From the NCBI GenBank assembly GCA_028534125.1, contig CM052817.1, forward strand, positions 97,590,001-97,654,000: a DNA stretch of 64,000 bases, read 5' to 3'. This stretch comes from Lama glama (Eukaryota). The notes under the pieces are model-generated. The model made no database searches. It was not told the origin of the DNA and saw only the letters and a list, made by a program, of their open reading frames with translations. Shown here piece after piece: positions 12,356 to 22,232 of the stretch. Every line of letters begins with the position of its first letter. Position 1 is the first letter of the stretch. The position numbers and the translations under genes are program-made.

Positions 12356-14207
12356 ATGAGCACAAAATATCACTGAGAATTAGAACATTCTCTTTCATCT
12401 GAAATTTGGATGTGGCTAGCTACGTTTTTAATAGTCATATAAAAGTTAAATTTGAAAGCAAATGGTAGTGATCAAGAACGTAACATAAGTCCAGAGAGCT
12501 CCTTAGAGAATCCTCAACCCCCGTGGGTCTCATTAGGAAGTAAGAATGATGTATGCTTCTCACATAAGCCTGAAAAGATTGTTTGATGCTCACCTGTCAG
12601 CATGCAGACATCCAGAATAATTACAGAAAACAAATGGAGCTTTGACAAGTCCGAGATGTTCCAACAGCAGAGGAAATGACTAGAAGCAGGCTAGACTTTT
12701 TGGAATGAGTTCTCATCTCCCTAGTTTCTGTGGCACACATGCGAACGCCTGTGTCTATCAAGCAGTGGATTGATTGTATAAACTCAACTGCTTATTTAAC
12801 ACCCCCACTAATTAAATGTAAATTTGATGTAGTTTCTTATAGATTAAGATGGTAGAATGATGACGTGAATGCTATTATCAACCTGGTCACATGCTTTGTA
12901 TCTGTTCTCCCTGTGATCTACGACCCATCAGTACAGGGCTCTGCATCATTCCTGGAGCAGTCAGGTAGCGATGAGAATTCTATTTGAGCTCATGGTCTGT
13001 TTCTACCACTGCCTGTGAGGAAAGCCCACGGTCCAATTCACAATCGGAGTTGCCTCCTTTGCTCAGAAGCCTATGGCATGCAAGCCTGTAATTCTGGTAT
13101 GCATGACTCCATGGATGAGGAATTGGAGTCCTGCTTCAAGGGCTGGGCTCAGTGTTACTGTACAGCACATGGCCACAGGGTTGCTGGGCAACGGGGTTTG
13201 TTGTCCCGCTGCTGGGATTCCCACTTCTGCTTCCATAGACGCGTGTTCCATAGTTGATCTGTGTGGTGTGTTCTAATTCTGTTTGAGGAGGGCGGCTGCC
13301 AGCAACCCAGGCACAGCAAGGGGGACTTTGGTTATATAATATCTGTCCCTTTTGTTATAAGGTTAAAGAATAATGTGAGCCTTCCATTGTAAAGATGAGC
13401 TCTACTGATGTTATTGTAACAGTCTTGCTCGCCACCACCTGTTCAAAAATCTCCAACCACTGGCCCCTGTCCCACTCCTCTGCGGGTGTCCTAAGGTTTC
13501 ATCTCTGAGGAGTCCGTGTAAAAGTAGCTGAGAGAGGATAAAGGAATGACGTACGCGCCAGCCAGGATGGTTTACTGGAAACGTATCACAGACTAGTCTG
13601 ACAGAGGAAGTCACTGACTAATGAATTCCACGTGGATGTGACGAAGTTCTTTAGGACACGGGTCATCTCTGCCCAAAATACACAAATCTAGAACTGCTTG
13701 CATACACTGTCCTGTGAGGAGTTGGAGCTATTTCTACATGATGAGATTGGCAGTGGTTGCAATTGGAGGAAAAAGTACTTAGAACTTTATACTGCCTAAG
13801 AAACGCACTGTCACATAAACAGAAAAATTTAACATTGTCTTTTCTTGCTGCTTTGAAAATATGAGAAACGTCTTGTTCTACCCTCAGATTTCTACACCAT
13901 TACAGCAACAGGGCAGGAGGTGCCTTTCAACTTCTTTTACTCAGTGTCTACTTTTTCTCAACCTTCTTTTTAGTGCTTTAAAACATTTTTATCAATCAAT
14001 TTTAGTATGCCAGGAGTACTAAAATTTTTATTTGCTTATGGATTATAAATGAAGAATATAACACATTTAAAATGATTAAGGACAACCAGATTCCAATTAA
14101 AGGGAGAAATGTAAAGCAGAATTTCCCGGTTTCTTATGAAATGTAGTCTGCTAGAATGGTGTGCTGGAAAATGTTGAACAACTGGCTCTGGAGGTAGATG
14201 GAGTCTT

Positions 14208-14284
14208 TATACATTTTTTTTATTAAACTATACTTGATTTATAATTTTGTTAGTTTCAGGTGTATAGCAAAGTGATTCAGTTTC

Positions 14285-14342
<58 letters not shown>

Positions 14343-16273
14343 ATCTATTCTTATTCAGATTATTTTCCATTATAGATTATTACAAGATATTGAATATAGT
14401 TCCCTGTGCTACAAAGTAAATTCTTGTTTAACGATTTTATATACAATGGTGTGTATCTGTTAATCCCATACACCCAATTTATCCTTAACCCCTTTCTCCT
14501 TTGATAACCATACATTTCTTTTCTATGTCTGTGAGTCTGTTTCTGTTTTGTACAAAAGCTGATTTGTATTATTTTTTTAGACTCCACAGATAAGTGATAT
14601 CATATAATATTTGTCTTTCTCTGACTTACTTCACTTTGTATGATCATCTCTAGGTTCATCCATGTTGCTGCAAATAGTAATAGTTCATTCTTTTTTATGG
14701 CTGAGTAATAGTAATACTATTATGTATATATACCACATCGTCTTTATCCAGTCATCTGTCGATGGACACTTAGGTTGCTTCCGTGTCTTGGCTATTGTGA
14801 ATACTGCTGCTGTGAACACTGGGGTCCATGTATCTTTTAAAATTAGAGTTTTCATCCTTTCCAGATGTATGCCCAGAAGTGGGATTGCTGGGTCATATGA
14901 TAACTCTAATTATAGTTTTTTAAGGAACCTCTGTACTGTTTTCCATAGTGGCTGCACCAATTTACATTCCCACCAGCAGTGTAGGAGGGTTCCCTTTTCT
15001 CCACACCCTCTCCAGCTTTTGTTACTTTTTAATGATGGCCATTCTGACCAGCGTGAAGTGATACCTCAGTGTAGCTTTGATTTGCTACATCTGATAATGA
15101 TATTGAGCATCTTTTCAAGTGCCTGTTGTCCATCTGTGTATCTTTGGAGAAATGTCTATTTAGGTCTTTTGTCCATTTTTTTGATTGGGTTGTTTGTTTT
15201 TTGATATTGAGTTGTATGAGCTGTCTGTATATTTTGGAAATTAAGCCCTTGCCAGTCGTATCATTTGCAAATGTTTTCTCCTGGTCTGTAGGATGTCTTT
15301 TTGTTTTGTTTATGGTTTCTCTTGTTGTGCAAAAGCTTGTAAGTTCAGGTGTCATTTGTTGATTTTTGCTTTTGTTTCTTTTGCCTTGGGAGACTGAGCT
15401 AAGAAAATATTACTACAATTTATATCTGAGAATGTTTTGCCTATGTTCTAATGTTTTAAGGTGTCATGTTTTATATTTAAGTCTTTAAGTCACTGGGAGT
15501 CTATTTTTGTGTATAGTGAGGGAATGTTCCAGCTTCATTGGTTTACATGCAGCTGTCCAGTTTTCCCAACACCACTTGCTGAAGAGACTTTTTCTCCGTT
15601 GTATGTTCTTGCCTCCTTTGTTGAAGATTTTTTTGACCAGAGGTGTGTGGTTTCCTTCTGGGCTCTCTATTCTGTCCCATTGTCTGTTTTTGTGCCAACA
15701 CCCTGCTGTTTTGGTTACTGTAGCTCTGTAAGATTGTCCGAAGCCTGGGAGGGCTGTGCTTCCAGCTTTGTTCTTTTCCTCAGGATTGCTTTAGCGATGC
15801 TGGGTCTTTTGTGATTCTACATACATTTTAGTATTATCTGTTCTCGTTCTATGAAAACTGGCGTGGGTAATTTGATAGGGATCTCATTAAATCTGTCTAT
15901 TGCTTTGGCTAGTATGACTATTTTAACAATATTAATTGTTCCAATCCAAGAGCATGGGATATCTTCATTTATTTGAATCATCTTCAATTTCCTTTGCTGA
16001 TGTTTTATAGTTGTCAGTGTGTAAGTCCTCCACCTCCCTGATCAATTTTATTCCTAGATATTTTTGATGCCATTTAAAATGGGATTTTTTTTTGCTTTCT
16101 CTTTCTGATATTTCAACCGATTTTTGTATATTGATCTTGTATCCTATTAGCTTGCTGAATTCATTTATTAGTTCTAATAGTTTTCGTGTGGAGTTTTTAG
16201 AGTTTTATATATAGGGTATCATGTTATCTGCATATAGTGACAATTTTACCTCTTCCCTTCCAATTTGGATATA
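14208..16273 (-). mobile_element. 5'-truncated L1 (ORF2 3' third plus 3' UTR)
   Basis: ORF 15029..15355(-) gives [36 protein letters not shown], an L1 ORF2p motif. T-tract at the left end. TSD GTAGATGGAG(T/A)CTT at 14194-14207 and 16274-16287. Confidence 0.95.
14284..14342 (+). repeat. (TCTA)n tetranucleotide microsatellite inside the L1 3' UTR
   Basis: About 14 perfect TCTA units. Confidence 0.97.
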
Positions 16274-16907
16274 GTAGATGGAGACTTGACTTACAGTGTT
16301 TGCTGATTTCCATAGTGTGAATATTACTTCCATGGCTGATTTCAAGCTACCAACCCAATGTTACTGAACCCACGGTTGGAAAGAAATGTGTACAACTGTG
16401 TCTCTGTGCAAGCTGGCTTCAGCACACCACAGCTACTAGGTGTTACTAGGAATTTCAGGAAGAAAGTTTTCATAGTTTAAAAATTTGGGGGAAAACTGAG
16501 TGATGTTAAACATATGTGGGAATTTTTACAATATTTAAAATACTAATTTGCATTTTGAAGTTCTAAGATATTCTTTATACTTTATTTGACAATTAAACAT
16601 TTTAATTGGAACACCTGTTAACTTGTAGTGGGACACTAGTCCTCCAGGAAATACAGTTTAGAAAATGTATAAGTTAAAGTTTTAATTTTTGTGTTTTTAA
16701 CCTTTTAACATTTTAGTTCTTGTAAGATACAATAGCAATATCAAATCAAATTAATAAATCAGCAATAAAAATTTAAAGTTAAACTCTCTTTTAATTCCAT
16801 TTCCTGAGTTAATCAATGCTAAGGACTTGATGTATGTTACTACGTACTGTTATCATATAAGTATATAAAAATTAGATCTACATATGTAATAAAAGTTCCT
16901 CATTGCC

Positions 16908-17107
16908 TTTTTAAAAATTGAGATATAATTGACATATAACATTATATTAGTTTTAATTGTACAATGTAATGATTCAATACTTGTATATAATGTGAAATGA
17001 TCATCACAGTAAGTCTAGTTAACACCTATCACTACACATGGTTATGATTTCTTTTCTTGTGATGAAAAATTTTAAGATCTACTCTAGTAACAACTTTCAA
17101 ATATGTG
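16908..17107 (-). mobile_element. L1MA9/L1MA10-like 3' end
   Basis: aattgagatataattgacatataacattatattagttt...ttttaagatctactct...aactttcaaatat. Confidence 0.8.
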
Positions 17108-17217
17108 TCTCTTTTCAAAAAACACATTACTCTGCCACTTAAAAATATTTTAAGCTTCTTATTATAAAATAAAACATAGAATCAGCAAACCACACAGAAC
17201 AAGTATGGAGCTCAATA

Positions 17218-17520
17218 CAGTGGTTCTCAGACTTTAGTACACACCTGCAAACCTAGAGGGCTTGTCAAAGCACAGATTGCTGGGTCCCCTCTTGAGAGTC
17301 TCTGATTCAGTCTTCAATTTTAATCTCTGAGGAATTCATGTAAAAGTAGCTGAGAGAAGATAAAGGAATGACATACGTGCCAGCCAGGATGGTGTTTATT
17401 GGAAATAGTTCAAACTAGTCTGACAGAAGAAGTTGGGCTGGGATCTGAAGAGTTGCATTTCTATCAAGTTCCCAAGTGATGTTAATGCTATGGATCCGTG
17501 ATCATGTTTGGAGAACCTTA
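17218..17520 (+). mobile_element. MER5A hAT-Charlie element carrying a ~120-bp foreign insert (about 17312-17433)
   Basis: 5' half cagtggttctcagacttt...cacagattgctgggtccc...tctgattcagt. 3' half tgggctggg...ttgcatttctatcaagttcccaagtgatg...gagaacc. Confidence 0.88.
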
Positions 17521-17661
17521 ATCTTAGTGAATCATTTATAAGATGAATACCTGGTAACTACAATGCAGGTGAAAAACAGAACTTTGCTGCCATAGCCCAT
17601 TCTAACAAGATTTCCCCTCTCCCTTCCATGGTAACCAGTATTCTGACTCTTAAGGTAATCA

Positions 17662-18247
17662 CTTTTCTTTTCTTATTGCATTAGCTAGGAATTATAGTGC
17701 GATATTGAAAAGCAGTAGTCAGAGGGGACAAACTTGCCCTCTTCATGATCTTAGTGGGAAAGCTTCAAGTTTCTCACCATGAGCTGTAGTTTTTTAATAG
17801 ACATTCTTTATCAAGTTGAGGAATTCTCCTCTATTCCTGGTCTTCTGAGAGATGTTATCATGAATGAGTGTTGGATTTAATCAAATGCTTTTCCTCCATC
17901 TATTGATATGATCATCTGATTTTTTTCTTTACCCTGTTGATGTGTTGATTTAAATTAATTTATTTTCATGTGTTGAGCCAGCCTTTCGTCCCTGGAATAA
18001 ATCCCATTTTATCTATCTCATGTGTATAATTTTATAACAGTTTATCATGGTGTATAATTCTTTTTATACATTGTTGAATTTGATTTGCTAATATTTTGTT
18101 AAGAATTTTTGCATATATGTGCAAAAGAGATATCCCATGAGAAATATTGGTCTGTAGTTTTCTTTTCTTGGAATGTCTTTATCTGGTATTGGTATCAGGG
18201 TACTTTTGGCCTCATAGAATGAGTTAGGAAGTATTCCCTCTGCTTCA
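17662..18247 (-). mobile_element. L1 (L1MC/MD-like) ORF2 RT-region fragment
   Basis: Antisense ORF2 motifs (ttgatttgctaatattttgttaagaatttttgcat; tggcctcatagaatgagttaggaagtattccctc). Confidence 0.88.
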
Positions 18248-18249
18248 AC

Positions 18250-18560
18250 CCACCAGTTCGGTTTCTGGTGAGAGCTCTCTCACTAACTTGTAGATTGCCA
18301 ACTTCTCAGTGTATGCTGACATGGCCTTTTCTCAATGCATGCATGGAGAGAGAGAGGGAGAGGGAGGGAGGGGGAGGGGAGAGGAAGGGAATGTCTTCCT
18401 CTTCTTATAAGGCCATCAGTCCTATCAGATTAAGACCCCCACACTCATGATCTCATTTAACCTTAATTAACTCCTCAAACTTCTATCTCCAAATACAGTC
18501 ATATGGGAGGTTAGGGCTTCAACCTATGAATTTTACAGGGACACAATTCAGTCCAAGGTA
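18250..18560 (-). mobile_element. MLT1A-like MaLR LTR fragment
   Basis: ttctggtgagagctctct...cttcctcttcttataaggccatcagtcctatcagattaag...ggttagggcttcaacctatgaatttt...gggacacaattcagtcc. Confidence 0.88.
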
Positions 18561-20345
18561 TCTTTACTGATTCCTTTCTAATACTCTTAATGTAGATCCA
18601 AGTTTCTGATTTATATCATTTTTCTTCTCTCTGAAGAGCTTCTTTAAATATTTTTGGTAAGGCAGATCTATTGGCAACAAATTTTCTCAATTTTTGTTTG
18701 AGAAAGTCTTTATTTCTCTTTCACTTTTAGAGGATAATTTCACAGGAAAGATCATTTCACAGAAGGAAAATTTCTAATTTGGTAGGGTTTCTTTTTTTTC
18801 TCTCAAAACGTTAAATATTTCACTTCACTCTCATTTTGCTTGCATGCTTTCTGAGCAGAATCAGATGTAATTCTTATCTTTTCTCCTTTATAAGTAAAAT
18901 ATGTTTTCCTCTTTTTCCAAGATGTTTTCTTTATCACTGATTTTCCATAGTTTGAATATGATTTGCATAGGTGAAGTTTTCTTTGCATTTAACATGCCTG
19001 TTATTCTCTGAACTTCTTGAATCTGTGGATGGTGCCTGATATTAACTTGGGAAAAATCTCAGTCATCATTGTTTCAAGTATTACCTCTCTTCTCTTTCTC
19101 TTTCTTCTCTAGTATTTCCGATAAACATGTGTTGTGCATTTTGTAGTTGTCCCACAGTTCTTGGTAACCTATTCTGTTTTGTTTTTCAGTATTTTTTTTC
19201 TCTTTGCTTTTCAGTTTTGAACATTTGTATTATCATATCCTCAAGTCTGAAGATTCTTTCCTTAGTTATGCCCAGTCTACTAACAAGCTCATTAAAGACA
19301 TTCTCCGTGTATGTTCTTGTGTTTTTTAAATTTTAGCATTTCTTCTTGGGGTCCTCAGTAGGATTTCCATCTCTCTGCTTACATTATCTGTTTGTTATTG
19401 CATGCTGTGTGCTTTCCCCATGAAAGCACTTAGAGTACTAATCACAGTTAAAAAATTATGGTCAAAAATTCTAACATTCCTGCCATATGTGACTCTGCTC
19501 TAGTGCTTGTTCAATCGTTTTAACTGTGCTTGTGTTTTTTAGTATGGCTTGTAATTTTTTTCTTGAAAGTTGATCATGTTTTACTGAATAAAAAGAATTA
19601 TGATAAATAGCCTTTACTGATGTCGTACCAAGGTGTAGGGGGAGAGAAAACTTGGCTAGTCTTGTTATTAAGTCTCAATTTTTAGTGGGTCTGTTCCCGT
19701 GAAATGTAAATTTCACCAGGGCTTCTCAGTGGCTTTTCCTCCCTTAGGTGGGACAGGATGGCCAGAGGGGGCTGGAGTTGGGCATTTCCCTTCCACCAGG
19801 TCAGTTAGGTTCTGATAAAATTCTGCAGGTTATGCTTGGGTAAAACAGTTTCTCCTGAGGGCAGGCCTTGTTCAGAAGAAAATAATGCCCTGGCATATTT
19901 CAAGGTTATTACTTTTACCCTCCTGTGGCTGTAAGCACAGGGGGATTTTTCTCTGATATTTATGGAGGACCTCATAGAGCTCCTGAAGGTGACATTCACA
20001 AAAGTGTGGGAGACCCCTGTGACTGGGTTCCTCTGGAGTTTTTAACTCTCAGAGTTGCCCACACTGAGCCTCCAGCAATGTCATTTATAGATCAGTTTCC
20101 TATGCTAGCATTGGTTTCTCTGGACTTTTCTGCTCATGTGTTTCTGCTTCAGTAAGTTGTGATTCTTTGTGTCTGACTGTCTGTCTCTCCAGTTTTGGAG
20201 GCAGCAGTTTGCCCTGTGACTTCACTTCTCCAATGGATCTGAGAAGAGTTGTTGATTTTTCAGCTTAGCTTTCTACTCTCTGTTATTAGGGTGGAATGGT
20301 AACTTCTAAGCTTCTTACATGCTGGACTGGAAACTGGAATTCTGC
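18560..20345 (-). mobile_element. L1MC/MD-like 5' UTR and ORF1 region
   Basis: Minus-strand peptide TYKGEKIRITSDSAQK resembles L1 ORF1p. 5' UTR-type sequence at 19700-20340. Confidence 0.75.
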
Positions 20346-20694
20346 TTTGTGCCTTTATCACCCAAGTGAGAGTACCTAGGCACTATTGACCAAGCATACT
20401 TTTTTTTTTCAATTTGATTTATCTTTTAAATCCATAGAAAACATTTGTTGAAGCATTCTGGCCATTTCACCTGTAGAGTGTCCATAATCTCGCTGATTTC
20501 ATAATGCTGGTGCAGTTTAACATATAATCATTGCTGTCTAACTGAAAATAACACAGTCATTTGCCATCTAATTGGCAGCTGGATCCAGAGGCTTGATCAG
20601 ACCTACATCCAATAACTTTGTCAAGAATGTTAGTGGTTTTGAGTTTCTTCAGCAGGAGGCACTTAAATTCCGGCTTTTGTTCTATTCTTAAATC

Positions 20695-21160
20695 AGTTTT
20701 ATTATGGTATAATTTATATACAATAAAATTCATCCATTTTAAATGTAATATTTGATGAGTTTTAATAAATATATATAGTTAAAAAACTATCACAAAATGG
20801 TATTGAATATTTCCATCACTCCAAAAGTTGCCTACACCTCTTTGTAGTCAAACTTCTCTGCCCATCCACTATTTCTTGAAAACCATTAACCTTTTCATCA
20901 CTATAGTTCTGCCTTTTCTATAATTTCAAATTAACAGTCTCATACAATATATCTTTTGTGTCTGTATTCTTTCACATTACACGATGCTTTGAGATTCACT
21001 TCTGCTTCTGTATGGATCAGTAGTTTGTTCTTTTATTATTATACAGTAGTATTCCACTGAATGGATTTAACCCCAATGTATTAATCCGTTTACCAGTTGA
21101 TGGACATTTAAGTTGTTTACAGTTTTTGGCTATTATGAATAAAACTGTGCTGAACGTGTC
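20695..21160 (-). mobile_element. L1MB-like 3' end
   Basis: ttattatggtataatttatatacaataaaattcatccattttaaatgt...ccagttgatggacatttaagttgtt. Confidence 0.8.
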
Positions 21161-21614
21161 TAGCTCTCAGATAAATTCATGCAAACAGCAACCCAATACA
21201 TACAATTTCTCTCCTGAACATGGATTCCCCACCTGAATCTGCCAGCTCTGGTTCATTTAACAGTGCTTTTAAGCAGTTGCTTTTTGTATTATATCCAGAG
21301 TTTGTAATTGTTTTCTGATCTGTTATGAACTTAGTTTGCTGTTACCTAAAGTCTTTGTTCTCAAAATGATGATATTGTTATTTTACTATTTCATTTATAA
21401 TTTTATTTATTTAATTATATATCCTTTCATAAGAAGACAACCCTCATATTTACTATTTAACTATCCATGGGTATAGTTTATATTGGAAAGGCAGGATAAA
21501 TGCTTATATTTGTCTTTTAATTTATCCAGTTTTCAAGATAATGGATTGGTTTCCAGTCATCCTCAGAAGATGACTGAATACTTTTTAAGAATATATAATT
21601 TTGATTAATAACTA

Positions 21615-22232
21615 ATAACCTTCCCAAGCTGAAAACACCAGACTGGTGAATTCTATAAACATTTAGGAAAGAAACTTTACTAACTCTCTACAATCTCTTT
21701 CAGAAGACTGAAGCAGAGAGAATATTTCCAATATTATATGAGGTCAGCATTACCCTAATACCAAAACCAGACAAAGACATTACAAGAAAACTGCAGACAA
21801 ATGTCTTTCATGAACATACACACAAAAGTTCTCAATAAAATATTAGCAAATCAAGTCCAACAATATATAAAGAGAATTATACACCACAACTAAATGAAAT
21901 TTATCTCAGGGAGCCAAGGCTGTTTCAACATTTGAAAATCAATTAATGTAATCCATCACATCAACAGGTTAAAAAGGAAAAAAAATCACATAATCATATC
22001 AATATATGCAGAAAACACATTTGACAAAATCCAACACTCATTCACGATAAAAACTCAACAACTAGGAGCAGAGGAGAATTTCCTCAACTTGATAAAGAAT
22101 GTTTACAAAAAACCTACAGCTAAGGGTGAGAAACTTGAATCTTTCCTACTAAGATCAGGAAAAATGCTTTATTATTCCTTTTCAAGATTGTTCTGTAAGT
22201 CCTAGCTAATGCAATAAGACAAGAAAAGGAAA
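21615..22232 (+). mobile_element. L1 (L1MC/MD-like) ORF2 RT-region fragment
   Basis: tatgaggtcagcattaccctaataccaaaaccagacaaagac encodes [14 protein letters not shown], an L1 RT motif. Confidence 0.9.

Larger units (their letters stand above)
14154..16432 (-). mobile_element. MER63A (hAT-Blackjack), split by L1; pieces at 14154-14207 and 16274-16432
   Basis: Inverted termini tggtgtgctgg / cagcacacca. Internal ccatggctgatttcaagctaccaac and tgttactgaac match MER63A as I recall it. Confidence 0.8.
14117..16668. mobile_element. hAT-Charlie non-autonomous fossil split by MER63A and L1 insertions
   Basis: Ends cagaatttccc (14117) and cagtttagaaaatg (~16667). Internal ggaacacctgttaac and gggacactagtcctccaggaa are typical of Charlie18a/MER103-like elements. 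Subfamily uncertain. Confidence 0.5.

Noticed and set aside
12857..12930. ATGATGA resembling a snoRNA C box
   Set aside because: No properly placed CTGA D box or terminal stem.
14662..15204. Longest ORF in the track (180 aa, plus strand)
   Set aside because: It is the antisense reading of an L1 ORF2 end and 3' UTR. The [20 protein letters not shown] pattern is a common L1-antisense artefact and recurs at 48482..48670.
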